Assembly (NCBI GenBank): GCA_044373325.1
Contig: JBILQJ010000013.1
Location: 1-42,405 of the forward strand
Source of the DNA: Burkholderiales bacterium
GTDB taxonomy: Bacteria; Pseudomonadota; Gammaproteobacteria; Burkholderiales; JBILQJ01
DNA: 42,405 nucleotides
Direction of reading: 5' to 3'
This document shows positions 28,601 to 38,529 of this stretch, piece after piece (position 1 is the stretch's first letter; each line of letters opens with the position of its first letter). A model generated the notes under the pieces. It saw only the letters and a program-made list of their open reading frames with translations. It was not told the origin of the DNA and ran no database searches. Both the position numbers and the translations under genes were made by a program.

Positions 28601-29842
28601 GTGAGTAAACGTCGAGTCGTCATTACTGGGTTAGGTCAAGTTTCTCCGATTGGTAACGATATTGCCAGCGCATGGCAAAATTTAACGGCAGGTAAAAGTG
28701 GCATTGCGCCCATTACCCGCTTTGATGCATCTACGCTCACCACGCACATTGCGGGTGAGGTAAAGCAATTTGATGTGACGCAATACATTCCAGCCAAAGA
28801 TGCGCGACGCATGGACATTTTTTTGCATTATGGCGTGGCCGCAGCGTTGCAAGCCATTGAAGATGCAGGTTTAGATGACATTCCCAATTTGGACAAAAAC
28901 CGTGTGGGCGTGAGTATTGGATCGGGCATAGGTGGGTTGCCTAGCATAGAATCGACAACGCGTGATGTGGTTGCGGGCGGTACTCGTAAAATAGGCCCGT
29001 TTTTCACGCCAGGCTCTTTGATTAATTTGACGGCAGGGCACGTGACCATTTTAAAAGGGTATCGCGGACCTTCTTACGGCATCGTGTCGGCGTGTACGTC
29101 GGGTGCGCACAGCATAGGCGATTCTGCGCGCATGATACAATATGGCGACGTGGATATCATGGTCGCGGGTGGGACAGAATCAACCATCTCAACCTTAGGC
29201 GTGGGCGGCTTTGCGGCCATGAAAGCGTTGTCTGTTCGCAACGATGACCCAGAAGCTGCGTCACGTCCTTGGGACAAAAACCGCGATGGGTTTGTGATAG
29301 CCGAAGGTGCTGGCGTATTGGTTTTAGAAGAATATGAACACGCGGTTAAACGTGGCGCGAACATTTATGCAGAACTCATCGGCTTTGGCATGAGTTCTGA
29401 TGCGTATCACATCACATCGCCCACCCAAGAAGGCCCTGCTTTGGGCGTGAGTAACGCGTTGCGCGATGCAAAAATCAACCCTGACGACGTGCAATACGTT
29501 AACGCACACGGCACGTCTACGCCGCTGGGCGATGCTAATGAAAGCAATGCCTTAAAATTGGCGTTTGGCGACCACGCTTACAAATTGGCGGTCAATTCAA
29601 CCAAATCCATGACGGGACATTTGCTGGGTGGCGCAGGTGGTGTCGAAGCCATTTACACCATTTTGGCCATTAAAAACCAAGTGTCACCACCCACCATTAA
29701 TTTGTTGGATCAAGATCGTGAAAATGGTTGCGATTTGGATTATGTGGCCAATACGGCGCGTGACATGAAAATTGACATTGGCATTTCCAACTCTTTTGGT
29801 TTTGGCGGCACCAATGGGACTTTAGTGTTCAAAAAAGTCTAA
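28601..29842 (+). CDS. fabF: 3-oxoacyl-ACP synthase II
   Basis: 413 aa; MSKRRVVITGLG...ACTSG...NAHGTSTPLGD...GHLLGGAGGVEA...FGFGGTNGTLVFKK; E. coli FabF-like. Confidence 0.96.
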   Translation: MSKRRVVITGLGQVSPIGNDIASAWQNLTAGKSGIAPITRFDASTLTTHIAGEVKQFDVTQYIPAKDARRMDIFLHYGVAAALQAIEDAGLDDIPNLDKNRVGVSIGSGIGGLPSIESTTRDVVAGGTRKIGPFFTPGSLINLTAGHVTILKGYRGPSYGIVSACTSGAHSIGDSARMIQYGDVDIMVAGGTESTISTLGVGGFAAMKALSVRNDDPEAASRPWDKNRDGFVIAEGAGVLVLEEYEHAVKRGANIYAELIGFGMSSDAYHITSPTQEGPALGVSNALRDAKINPDDVQYVNAHGTSTPLGDANESNALKLAFGDHAYKLAVNSTKSMTGHLLGGAGGVEAIYTILAIKNQVSPPTINLLDQDRENGCDLDYVANTARDMKIDIGISNSFGFGGTNGTLVFKKV

Positions 29843-29850
29843 TAAAGTGC

Positions 29851-29898
29851 TTGTGGCCAACCTTTTTCTGCGGTTTTTAGTGAAAAAGGTTGGCCGCA
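29851..29898. repeat. palindromic element copy 14
   Basis: TTGTGGCCAACCTTTTTCTGCGGTTTTTAGTGAAAAAGGTTGGCCGCAG, 9 bp after the fabF stop. Confidence 0.95.
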
Positions 29899-29953
29899 GT
29901 GTTTTTTTTGAAACGAGTTAAACAGGATTTAATCGGCATGGAAAAGAGCGCAC

Positions 29954-30727
29954 ATGATACAGTTTCTTGCTAAATTAGGACAAGCTACGCAACAAATGAT
30001 TGCCCGTTTGGGCTTTGCCGCACGATTTTTATGGGCCATTGGACGGCATACGAGCATGACTTTTTTGCGTCCCACTTTGTTAATCCGTCAACTTTACGAT
30101 GCAGGCGTGCTGTCGCTGGTCATTATTGCGGTGTCGGGTTTATTTGTTGGCTTGGTGATGGGGCTGCAAATTTATAATACTTTGGCCGTGTACGGCTCAA
30201 CCGAAATGACGGGTGCGTTGGTGGCCTTGATTGTGCTGCGCGAATTGGGGCCAGTGTTAGCGGGCATCTTTTTCGCCAGTCGCGCGGGTTCGTCCATGAC
30301 GGCCGAAATTGGCTTGATGAAGGCAACCGAACAATTGGATGCGATGGCTGTGATGGCGATTAACCCGATGGCGCGGGTGGTTGCGCCTCGCTTTTGGGCT
30401 GGCGTAATCGCCTTGCCCATTTTGACGGCCTTGTTTAATGTGATGGCCATTTTTGGCAGTTACCTCATTTGCGTGCGGTTGATACACATGGATGAGGGCG
30501 TTTTTTGGGGACAAATTAAGGCCGTGGCTGATTTTCGTTATGATGTGATTAACAGCTTAATTAAAGCGTGTGTGTTTGGCGTTGCCGTGACTTTGATTGC
30601 GGTGATGGAAGGTTACGATGCCACGCCCACGGCTCAAGGCGTGTCAACGGCGACCACCCGCACGGTAGTCATTTCGGCCTTGACCATTTTGGCACTGGAT
30701 TTTGTGATGACTGCTTTTATGTTTTAA
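29954..30727 (+). CDS. mlaE: MlaE-family ABC transporter permease (phospholipid transport)
   Basis: 257 aa; RQLYDAGVLSLVIIAVSGLF, LRELGPVLAGIFFASRAGSSMTAEIGLMKATEQLDAM, RVVAPRFWAG and TTRTVV align with E. coli MlaE. No mlaF or mlaD is adjacent. Confidence 0.88.
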   Translation: MIQFLAKLGQATQQMIARLGFAARFLWAIGRHTSMTFLRPTLLIRQLYDAGVLSLVIIAVSGLFVGLVMGLQIYNTLAVYGSTEMTGALVALIVLRELGPVLAGIFFASRAGSSMTAEIGLMKATEQLDAMAVMAINPMARVVAPRFWAGVIALPILTALFNVMAIFGSYLICVRLIHMDEGVFWGQIKAVADFRYDVINSLIKACVFGVAVTLIAVMEGYDATPTAQGVSTATTRTVVISALTILALDFVMTAFMF

Positions 30728-30761
30728 GTCTCGTTTTTTTAAAATAAAAATTCTTTTAAAG

Positions 30762-30813
30762 ACAAAAGCTTGCCCACTCAACATTGAATTGTTGAGTGGG
30801 CAAGCTTTTTTTT
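30762..30813. terminator. bidirectional rho-independent terminator (mlaE / apt convergent)
   Basis: AGCTTGCCCACTCAAC-[loop]-GTTGAGTGGGCAAGCT; 16-bp perfect stem flanked by AAAAG upstream and T8 downstream. Confidence 0.8.
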
Positions 30814-30834
30814 AAGGATACGTTGAAGCCGTGT

Positions 30835-31392
30835 TTATTTGCCGTTAAATTCACACAAGGTAAACAAAGACAAGCCTTGTTCGCGAATTTTTGCGCTGCC
30901 ACCCAAATCGACCAAGTCGATAATGCCAGCCAATTCAACGACTTCAGCGCCTAATCGAGTCAATAGCTGGTAGCCAGCCAACAGGGTGCCACCCGTTGCA
31001 ATTAAATCGTCTATCAACAACACGCGATCGCCTTTTTTACAAGCATCGGTGTGAATTTCGACTTCGTCGGTGCCGTATTCCAAAGCGTAAGGTTCGGCGA
31101 TGGTTTGGAAGGGTAATTTGCCTTTTTTTCGGATGGGAATGAAACCGATATTCAGTTCGTAAGCAATGACCGCCCCAATGATGAATCCCCGCGCATCCAT
31201 GCCTGCCACGTAATCAATGTCGGCGTTAATGTAACGATGCACAAACAAATCCACCAAAATACGGAAGTATTTTTTGTCTTGCAACAAAGGCGTGATGTCA
31301 CGAAACATCACACCCGCCTCTGGCCAATTTTCGACGGTTCGGATGTGATTTTTGAGGTAAGCGGTATCGGCAAGGAAAGCGGCATTGGGCAT
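30835..31392 (-). CDS. apt: adenine phosphoribosyltransferase
   Basis: Start at ATG (plus-strand 31390-31392; [18 protein letters not shown]...); the track ORF begins at an upstream TTG. PRPP motif [13 protein letters not shown]; aligns with E. coli Apt. Confidence 0.92.
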   Translation of the reverse strand: MPNAAFLADTAYLKNHIRTVENWPEAGVMFRDITPLLQDKKYFRILVDLFVHRYINADIDYVAGMDARGFIIGAVIAYELNIGFIPIRKKGKLPFQTIAEPYALEYGTDEVEIHTDACKKGDRVLLIDDLIATGGTLLAGYQLLTRLGAEVVELAGIIDLVDLGGSAKIREQGLSLFTLCEFNGK

Positions 31393-31437
31393 GAGTTGGC
31401 TCGATTTAATCAATAAAAATAAAAAGGGTAATCCGTG

Positions 31438-31487
31438 TTGCGGCCAACCTTTTTCGCCTGAAAGTCAGTAAAAAGGTTGGCCGCAAG
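31438..31487. repeat. palindromic element copy 15
   Basis: TTGCGGCCAACCTTTTTCGCCTGAAAGTCAGTAAAAAGGTTGGCCGCAAG. Confidence 0.95.
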
Positions 31488-31519
31488 ACTAAGGTGACAA
31501 AATCAAAGTGCGTTAAGCT

Positions 31520-32482
31520 TTATTTTGACGCTTCAGGCGCGGAGGCGCTGGCTGGGCTTGCAATCTCAACGACAGGTGGCGTGTAACCTTCCGCTGCATT
31601 ATCCAAGGTTTTGATTTTAATCATTAATTCTTGGGCTTGTTTGTTGATGGCTTGACCTTGGATTTGGCGTTCGGCTGGTTTTAGCTGTAAAAATTTGATG
31701 TTTAATTGCGCAAATTCGACTTGAGCCGCTTGCAAAGCTTTAACCGCTGGCGTATTGGTTGGAATGGCCGCCATTTTCTTTTCTAGCTCCACTTGTAACG
31801 GCAAGGCATCGCTGTCAATTTTGGCCATTTGTTTTTCTTTGTCGGTGATGCTTTTGATTTCAGCGGACAGTTTTTCCATTTTTTTGCGGAACTCATTTTG
31901 CGCGTCCAAGCTCAAAATGCGGTAACGCACCAAATCATCGGCTTGCGTGGTTGGCGCAGGCAAAGTCGCCAAGCTGCGCGTTGCTTCGGCTTGCGCGGCT
32001 TCACTTAAAGCGCTAACGGCTTGAGTCAATTGTGACAATTGGGTTTGGATAGTTTTTTCTTGTGCTTTGAGTTCGGTTTGGCTTAGTTTGCGCCAAGCGA
32101 TATTGGCTTGATTCAGTTCTAAGGCTTTGTCTTGAACGGCTTTCACCAAAGGCGTTTTGACGACGATGGCTTTACGTTTTTCTAAGGCTTCGGCTTGTAA
32201 GGCCGAGTCGGCTTTTTGGAATTCAGCTTGCAAGGCCGCTTCTTTTTCTTTGCCTTCTTTGGCACGTAAAGAGGCAATCAACGCCTCTGTTTTGGCTTGC
32301 TGCTCTTGGGCAATGCGATTGTCCATGGACATGTAATTGACCCAATCGCTGGCCGCAGAAACCGCAGCAGCGGGGACTTCGGCGCTGGCCGTTTTGTCAT
32401 TGGTGGCGGCCGTTTTATCTTGGCAGGCCGTCAAGCTCAAAGCCAAAAGAACCGCACTAAAGCATAAAGAATAACGTTTCAT
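31520..32482 (-). CDS. coiled-coil lipoprotein with internal tandem duplication (possibly OmpH/Skp-like)
   Basis: Lipobox LSLTAC-Q; 320 aa rich in A/Q/E/K. Two homologous segments: KTPLVKAVQDKALELNQANIAWRKL / NTPAVKALQAAQVEFAQLNIKFLQL. Confidence 0.55.
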   Translation of the reverse strand: MKRYSLCFSAVLLALSLTACQDKTAATNDKTASAEVPAAAVSAASDWVNYMSMDNRIAQEQQAKTEALIASLRAKEGKEKEAALQAEFQKADSALQAEALEKRKAIVVKTPLVKAVQDKALELNQANIAWRKLSQTELKAQEKTIQTQLSQLTQAVSALSEAAQAEATRSLATLPAPTTQADDLVRYRILSLDAQNEFRKKMEKLSAEIKSITDKEKQMAKIDSDALPLQVELEKKMAAIPTNTPAVKALQAAQVEFAQLNIKFLQLKPAERQIQGQAINKQAQELMIKIKTLDNAAEGYTPPVVEIASPASASAPEASK

Positions 32483-32520
32483 GAATAAAACCTTTGTAAA
32501 ATAAAAAGATGAAAGTAAGT

Positions 32521-32550
32521 AAAAAGCAAAAAGGGGCGAAATCCCCCCAG
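32521..32550 (-). terminator. rho-independent terminator after glyA
   Basis: On the minus strand: GGGGGG-ATTTCG-CCCC followed by TTTTTGCTTTTT, 10 nt after the glyA stop. Confidence 0.65.
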
Positions 32551-32559
32551 TTTTGGCGA

Positions 32560-33804
32560 TTAACCGTAAACAGGAAAACGAGCCGTCAACGCTTGAACTT
32601 CGCCTCGGACTTTTTGCAAGACCGCGGCGTCATTGGGTGACAAGACAATATCGGCGACCCAATTGGCCACTTGTGCGGCCTCAGCTTCTTTAAATCCGCG
32701 CGTGGTAATGGCTGGCGACCCTAGGCGGATGCCCGAGGTGATGAATGGGCTTTCTGGATCGTTGGGAATGGCATTTTTGTTGACGGTAATGTGGGCTAGC
32801 CCCAGTAAAACGTCGGCGGCTTTGCCCGTTAGCCCTGTGCTGCGTAAGTCCACCAAAAACACGTGCGATTCGGTGCGGCCAGAAATGATACGCAAACCGC
32901 GTTGAGTTAGGGTTTCGGCCATCACTTGCGCATTTTTAACGACTTGAGCTTGATAGCTTTTAAACTCGGGTGTCATGGCTTCTTTAAAAGCGACTGCTTT
33001 GGCGGCAATCACGTGCATTAAAGGCCCACCTTGCAAGGTAGGGAAAACGCTGCTGTTAAGGCTTTTTTCAAATTCGGCTTTGGCTAAAATCAAGCCACCA
33101 CGAGGGCCACGCAAGGTTTTGTGGGTGGTTGACGTCACAAAATCAGCGTGAGGTACAGGGTTGGGGTAAACGCCTGCCGCAATTAAGCCTGCATAATGCG
33201 CCATATCGACCATAAAGTAAGCGCCGCATTTTTTGGCGATGTCAGCCATGCGCGCCCAATCAAAGCGCAAGGCATAAGCCGAAGCGCCGCCAATAATCAA
33301 TTTGGGTTTGGTTGCCATGGCCACGCGTTCCATGTCGTCGTAATCAATTTCTTCGGATTCGTTTAAACCGTAAGCGACGATGTTAAACATTTTGCCTGAT
33401 AAATTGGCGGGTGAACCGTGGGTTAAATGGCCACCGTGTCCCAAATTCATGCCCATCACCGTGTCGCCTGGTTTTAAGATAGAGAAATAAACGGCTTGAT
33501 TGGCTTGCGAGCCAGAATGCGGTTGCACATTGGCATATTCAGCGCCAAACAAAGCTTTGACGCGATCTAACGCAATTTGTTCTATGCCATCGACAAATTC
33601 ACAGCCGCCATAAAAGCGTTTTCCAGGGTAGCCTTCAGCGTATTTATTGGTCAATTGCGAGCCTTGCGCCGCCATCACCGCTGGGCTGGTGTAGTTTTCT
33701 GATGCAATCAATTCGATGTGATCTTCTTGACGGGTGATTTCTTGGCCGATTAAAGCGGTGATTTCGGCATCGGCAATTTCGAGGGTAAGTGCTTTAGAAA
33801 ACAT
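32560..33804 (-). CDS. glyA: serine hydroxymethyltransferase
   Basis: 414 aa; [44 protein letters not shown] and the PLP-Lys motif region [12 protein letters not shown]. Confidence 0.97.
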   Translation of the reverse strand: MFSKALTLEIADAEITALIGQEITRQEDHIELIASENYTSPAVMAAQGSQLTNKYAEGYPGKRFYGGCEFVDGIEQIALDRVKALFGAEYANVQPHSGSQANQAVYFSILKPGDTVMGMNLGHGGHLTHGSPANLSGKMFNIVAYGLNESEEIDYDDMERVAMATKPKLIIGGASAYALRFDWARMADIAKKCGAYFMVDMAHYAGLIAAGVYPNPVPHADFVTSTTHKTLRGPRGGLILAKAEFEKSLNSSVFPTLQGGPLMHVIAAKAVAFKEAMTPEFKSYQAQVVKNAQVMAETLTQRGLRIISGRTESHVFLVDLRSTGLTGKAADVLLGLAHITVNKNAIPNDPESPFITSGIRLGSPAITTRGFKEAEAAQVANWVADIVLSPNDAAVLQKVRGEVQALTARFPVYG

Positions 33805-33894
33805 GGAAAACGTCCTTAAAAGTTGGATAAACGGGAAAGAAAGTAAGAGAAGTTGGGATAAACGCGCTATTGTAATTCATTTTATTTTAAAGGT

Positions 33895-34884
33895 TCAGCT
33901 TTTTTGCAGTGCGGGACGTGCTTGGCCGAGTATTTGTAAATAATGGCTTAATTCTGGCGGTAAAGGGGCAATAAAGGTCATCATTTCGCCGCTGCTTGGG
34001 TGGGGCAGCTTCAAGCGCCTTGCGTGTAAAAACATGCGCTTTAAGCCTTTGCTGCTCAAGGCACGGTTGGCCGCAAAGTCGCCGTATTTAGGATCGCCCG
34101 CAATTGGACAGCCAAGGTGTTGCATATGCACGCGAATTTGGTGCGTGCGCCCTGTTTTTAGCAAGACATCGACCAAGGTACAGTCTTGGTATTGCTGTTC
34201 GACGGTAAAAATGGAATGCGCATAAATGCCATCGTTTTCGTTGACTTGCACCATGCGCTCGCCGTTGGGCAAATGAAAACGCAATAAAGGGGCTTTGACG
34301 TGGCTGACTGGCTGACCGTTGTGCGTGGGCCACACGCCCAATCCCAGCGCAGTATAAGATTTTTCAGGTACATCGGCGCGTATCATGGCGTGGAGCTTGA
34401 CCAGCGCCGACCGTTTTTTGGCTATCATTAACAAGCCAGACGTTTCGCGGTCTAAGCGATGAACCAATTCTAAATATCGCGCTTCAGGACGATTTTTGCG
34501 CAATTGTTCGATGACCCCAAAGCTCACGCCACTGCCGCCATGAACCGCCGTGCCGCAGGGCTTGTTAATGACCAGCAGATCGTCATCTTCAAAAATAATC
34601 GGAAATTGCCCCGCAGGAATCAAGGCCTCTTTATTTAAATCTTTTTGGGCGGTGCGGATGGGCGGAATACGGATGACGTCGTCAGTTTCTAAGCGATAAT
34701 CGATTTTGACGCGCCCTTTGTTGACCCGCACTTCGCCACCGCGCACAATGCGATAAATATGGCTTTTTGGAACGCCTTTTAAAATTTTAATGAGGAAGTT
34801 ATCCAAACGTTGGCCACACTCTTCGTTAGAAATGGTGTACATCTGAACATTTTGTTGCATAGAATCTTTGCGTGTTGGGTTCAT
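33895..34884 (-). CDS. rluC: 23S rRNA pseudouridine synthase RluC (RluA family)
   Basis: S4 domain plus PseudoU_synth_2 domain; VKGVPKSHIYRIVRGGEVRVNKGRVK, HRLDRETSGLLMIAKK and GRTHQIRVH match E. coli RluC. Divergent from rne as in E. coli. Start codon uncertain (MNPTRKDSM / MQQNVQMY). Confidence 0.88.
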   Translation of the reverse strand: MNPTRKDSMQQNVQMYTISNEECGQRLDNFLIKILKGVPKSHIYRIVRGGEVRVNKGRVKIDYRLETDDVIRIPPIRTAQKDLNKEALIPAGQFPIIFEDDDLLVINKPCGTAVHGGSGVSFGVIEQLRKNRPEARYLELVHRLDRETSGLLMIAKKRSALVKLHAMIRADVPEKSYTALGLGVWPTHNGQPVSHVKAPLLRFHLPNGERMVQVNENDGIYAHSIFTVEQQYQDCTLVDVLLKTGRTHQIRVHMQHLGCPIAGDPKYGDFAANRALSSKGLKRMFLHARRLKLPHPSSGEMMTFIAPLPPELSHYLQILGQARPALQKS

Positions 34885-35402
34885 ATTGCTCTATACTTGC
34901 GCTGTTTTAAAAAGTGAACTTCGCTTTGGGTGAAGTGAAATCTGATCGAGAAAAGGCAATCGGGGCGCGAGTCTACCGCCCCGATGTTAAAAGTTTAAGC
35001 TCCGTAAGACTTTGTTTTTTAGCTGGGTTTATGGCTTAAGGTTTTCTTATGCGCCTAAAAATAGACAGTTTTTCATTATACCACCGTTTTGTTTTAGCGA
35101 GACCTGGGCTTTATTTTCCCTTGTTTTTTGTCCCAAAATTTGACGATGCAAAGCCGTTTTTGGTGGCAATTGCGCCGCCTTTTTTAAAACCGTCACCCGC
35201 AAGAAAATTTGGTTTTTCTGGCGAATAAAAAATCATTCTATTTAAATTTAAAATTTAAACTTTTTAAAAGAGTGTCGGTTTCATTCGATGCTCATTAATA
35301 AATCAGGTCAGTTTTGTTTGAAAACAAAAAACTATTGTATAACTGGGTTAGTCAAAAAAAACAGTGCATTAATCTAATTTTTAAAAATTCAAAAAAAATA
35401 GA

Positions 35403-35452
35403 ACGCCAACTTTCATTAATTCTAAAAAAGCATTAAAAAGGTTGGCCGAAAA
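35403..35452. repeat. decayed palindromic element copy 16 in the rne leader region
   Basis: ACGCCAACTTTCATT...AAAAAGGTTGGCCGAAAAG. Confidence 0.45.
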
Positions 35453-35626
35453 GTTCTCGTGTTAGCGCACGTCTTTTTTATTTGTATTGATTTTTAATGG
35501 CTCAAAAATAGACTTTCTATAACTTAAAATTAATAATTGAAAAGTCGTTTTTGCTGTCTTTTTTTGATATTCAATCGCTTTTTTTGTTTTTATGCGCTCG
35601 GCCTCTAACGATTAGGACTTATAGTT

Positions 35627-38443
35627 ATGAAGCGTATGTTATTTAATGCCACGCAAGCCGAAGAGCTGCGCGTGGCCATTGTTGACGGTCAGAAATTGGT
35701 TGACTTAGACATAGAAACCCACAGCAAAGCCCAGAAAAAAGGCAATATTTATAAAGGCACCATCACTCGCATAGAGCCGTCTTTAGAAGCTTGCTTTGTG
35801 GATTACGGTGGCAATCGACATGGGTTTTTGCCGTTTAAAGAAGTGTCGAAAACGTACTTTGAAAATTACACGGGTGGTCGCGCAAAAATTCAAGAAGTAC
35901 TGAAAGAAGGTATGACGGTTTTGGTGCAGGTTGAAAAAGACGAGCGGGGTAATAAAGGCGCGGCTTTGACGACTTTTGTGAGTATGGCGGGGCGATATTT
36001 GGTTTTGATGCCGAATAATCCTCGCGGCGGCGGTGTGTCGCGCCGCATCGAAGGCGAAGAACGTCAAGAACTTAAAGACATTTTGATGAATTTGGATATG
36101 CCAGCCAATATGAGCGTGATTGCGCGCACCGCTGGCATAGGGCGCAATGCCGAAGAATTAAAGTGGGATTTGGATTGTTTGGTTCGGGTTTGGCGTGCTT
36201 GTGAAGCCGCTGAAAAAACCTACGCCGCCCCCAAATTAATTCACGAAGAAAGCAATTTGATTATTCGCGCCATACGCGATTATTTTAATCCCGATATCGG
36301 TGAAATCTTAATTGATACCGAGATGGTTTTTGATGAAGCCACGCAATTCATGTCGCACATCATGCCCGATATGTTGCCGCGCTTAAAACGTTACAAAGAT
36401 CACGTGCCCTTGTTTTCTCGTTATCAAATTGAGCACCAAATTGAATTGGCTTTTTCGCGCACGGTGGATTTGCCGTCAGGCGGCGCGATTGTCATCGACC
36501 ACACTGAAGCCTTGGTGTCGGTTGACGTAAACTCGGCGCGCGCCACCAAAGGCGCAGATATTGAAGATACGGCATTTCGCACGAATTTAGAGGCCGCCGA
36601 AGAGGTGGCGCGTCAAATGCGTTTGCGCGATTTGGGCGGCTTGGTGGTCATCGATTTCATCGACATGGAAAACAGTAAAAATCAGCGCGAGGTTGAAAAT
36701 CGACTGTCAGAATCGCTGCGCCCCGATCGCGCGAGAGTGCAAAAAGGCAAATTATCACGCTTTGGGTTGTTAGAGCTGTCTCGTCAGCGCTTGCGGCCAG
36801 CCTTGGGCGAAAGCAGTCACGAAAGCTGTCCGCGTTGCTCGGGTACGGGCTTTATTCGTGGCACCCAGTCATCGGCCTTGCACATTTTGCGTTTGATTCA
36901 AGATGCAGCTATGAAAGAAGGCACGGGCGCAGTTCACGTCCAAGTGCCTGTTGACGTGGCCACTTTCTTGTTGAATGAAAAGCGCAATGACATTTACGCG
37001 GTCGAAGCACGTCAACGTGTCCAAGTGGTTTTGATTCCGAATACCCATTTAGAAACACCGCATTACAAAATTTCACGCGTGCGCGGTGACGATTTGGAAA
37101 ACATCGGTGATGCGCCAAGTTATATGCGTTTTGATTTGCCTGTAGAAGAGGTCTTGACCAACGTCGTTGTCAAAGTGGCGGGGCGTGAAGAAGCTGCGGT
37201 CAAAAATGTGGCGCCTGCTACACCTGCGCCTGTGCGCGCGGTGGTAGAAACGCCGTCCCTTTTCCAAGCCGCGGTGCTTAAGGTGAAAGTTTGGTTTGCA
37301 GGTTTGTTTGGTGCAGACGTTGCCGCATCGACTGAGCCTGCGCCCAAATCAACGGCACCGCGCCGCGCCGAAACGCGTCGCCCTGCCAACGCTAAAAATG
37401 GCCGTCAACGCGCAGAGCGCATAGAAAAAATCGAAAAAATCGGTGATAACGCCGCTTTGCCACAAAATGCCAATGCGCCGAAAGCCGAGCGTCCTGCCCG
37501 TCCTGAGCGAGCCCCAAGACCGCCACGCGAGCCGCGTCCACCTCGAGTAGAAACGGTTCAAACTCGCGAAGAAAAAGTCTCTGCGCCTGTTGCACCCAAA
37601 GTGGCGGTGCCTGTTGCTGCTGTGGCCAACCTTGCCGAACAAACGCGAGTTGTGGACGAAGTACCGTTGATTGTTGTGCCGTTGGAAGATTTACCTTTGC
37701 AAGTTTACGACATTCCTGCGCCTGTGTTAGACCGAAGCGAGGACGGGGTCAAACGCCGTCGCCGTAACCCCCGCGACCGTCATCGCCGCCGTCATGAAAA
37801 TGCTCACCCTGTCGACGAAAATGGCTTGGGCGAATCGACTTTGCCGAATGAGCCTGTTGCTGTCGAGCCCTTGAATCAAGCCCCTTTACAAGTGCAAACT
37901 TTGCAACGTCAAGAACCCGTGGTTGCTGGAGCAGTGGTCGTTGAAACAGTACCCACGGAGGCCGTGGTTGCGCCTCAAATCATGCCCGTGGCGGACGCTC
38001 AACAACCTAAAGCAGTTCAAGTGGTTGAGACGCTTGCGCCTCAAGTTGTGGTGGCCAAACCAGCACCAGCGCCTATGAAAGAAAAATCGCCTGCCCCGCA
38101 ACCTCAAGCCGAAGTTATGCCCCCGAAAAAAGAGAGCAAACTGCAAATGGTGGAAACTGTGGTGAAATTACCAGGTTTATCGGGCATGGTTGAGCCGAAT
38201 TTGGCCGCACAAGCGCGTCGAGGCAATCGGTCGGTGATGGCCAGTTCTGTTGCCAACGCCTTGAGCTTGCAAATGATAGAAACGGCTCATAAACCAGTGC
38301 CGAGCGTCGTCACGCCAGCTCCAGTTAAACCAGAGCAGGTTGGTGGTGTGCGTCGTCGCAACAGCCAAAAATTGGCCAGTGACACCAGCGCGCCTGCTGC
38401 ACCTTTGCAGCAGGTTGAAACCGCGCGGTCAGCGCCGCAGTAA
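35627..38443 (+). CDS. rne: ribonuclease E
   Basis: 938 aa. The N-terminal ~500 aa is highly similar to E. coli RNase E (MKRMLFNATQAEELRVAIVDGQKL...S1, DNase I-like and Zn-link CPRCSGTG), followed by a low-complexity Arg/Pro/Glu/Ala-rich scaffold tail. Confidence 0.96.
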   Translation: MKRMLFNATQAEELRVAIVDGQKLVDLDIETHSKAQKKGNIYKGTITRIEPSLEACFVDYGGNRHGFLPFKEVSKTYFENYTGGRAKIQEVLKEGMTVLVQVEKDERGNKGAALTTFVSMAGRYLVLMPNNPRGGGVSRRIEGEERQELKDILMNLDMPANMSVIARTAGIGRNAEELKWDLDCLVRVWRACEAAEKTYAAPKLIHEESNLIIRAIRDYFNPDIGEILIDTEMVFDEATQFMSHIMPDMLPRLKRYKDHVPLFSRYQIEHQIELAFSRTVDLPSGGAIVIDHTEALVSVDVNSARATKGADIEDTAFRTNLEAAEEVARQMRLRDLGGLVVIDFIDMENSKNQREVENRLSESLRPDRARVQKGKLSRFGLLELSRQRLRPALGESSHESCPRCSGTGFIRGTQSSALHILRLIQDAAMKEGTGAVHVQVPVDVATFLLNEKRNDIYAVEARQRVQVVLIPNTHLETPHYKISRVRGDDLENIGDAPSYMRFDLPVEEVLTNVVVKVAGREEAAVKNVAPATPAPVRAVVETPSLFQAAVLKVKVWFAGLFGADVAASTEPAPKSTAPRRAETRRPANAKNGRQRAERIEKIEKIGDNAALPQNANAPKAERPARPERAPRPPREPRPPRVETVQTREEKVSAPVAPKVAVPVAAVANLAEQTRVVDEVPLIVVPLEDLPLQVYDIPAPVLDRSEDGVKRRRRNPRDRHRRRHENAHPVDENGLGESTLPNEPVAVEPLNQAPLQVQTLQRQEPVVAGAVVVETVPTEAVVAPQIMPVADAQQPKAVQVVETLAPQVVVAKPAPAPMKEKSPAPQPQAEVMPPKKESKLQMVETVVKLPGLSGMVEPNLAAQARRGNRSVMASSVANALSLQMIETAHKPVPSVVTPAPVKPEQVGGVRRRNSQKLASDTSAPAAPLQQVETARSAPQ

Positions 38444-38452
38444 TTAGTGAGA

Positions 38453-38491
38453 AAAAAGGTTGGCCGCAGAATGTTTGCGGCCAACCTTTTT
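38453..38491. repeat. palindromic element copy 17, inverted tight-hairpin configuration; likely bidirectional terminator after rne
   Basis: AAAAAAGGTTGGCCGCAG-[aatgtt]-TGCGGCCAACCTTTTTG; stem flanked by A6 and T5; 10 bp after the rne stop. Confidence 0.85.
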
Positions 38492-38529
38492 GCCCTTTTT
38501 TAGTTATTCTTCGATTTTAAGGAAAATAC

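Noticed and set aside
34058-34078. CGGTTGGCCGCAAAG half-site inside rluC coding sequence
   Set aside because: An isolated arm without partner or A/T tracts, in a conserved coding region; treated as coincidence.
37380-37560. Short peptide repeats (ERPARPERAPRPPREPRPPR) in the RNase E tail as a separate repeat feature or frameshift
   Set aside because: This is the typical low-complexity Arg/Pro-rich degradosome scaffold region; the reading frame is continuous, so it is not a pseudogene.
35783-38484. Multiple 60-100-aa antisense or alternate-frame ORFs inside rne
   Set aside because: These lie within a very strongly supported 938-aa CDS; the GC-rich, repetitive Arg/Pro-coding tail naturally produces open alternate frames.
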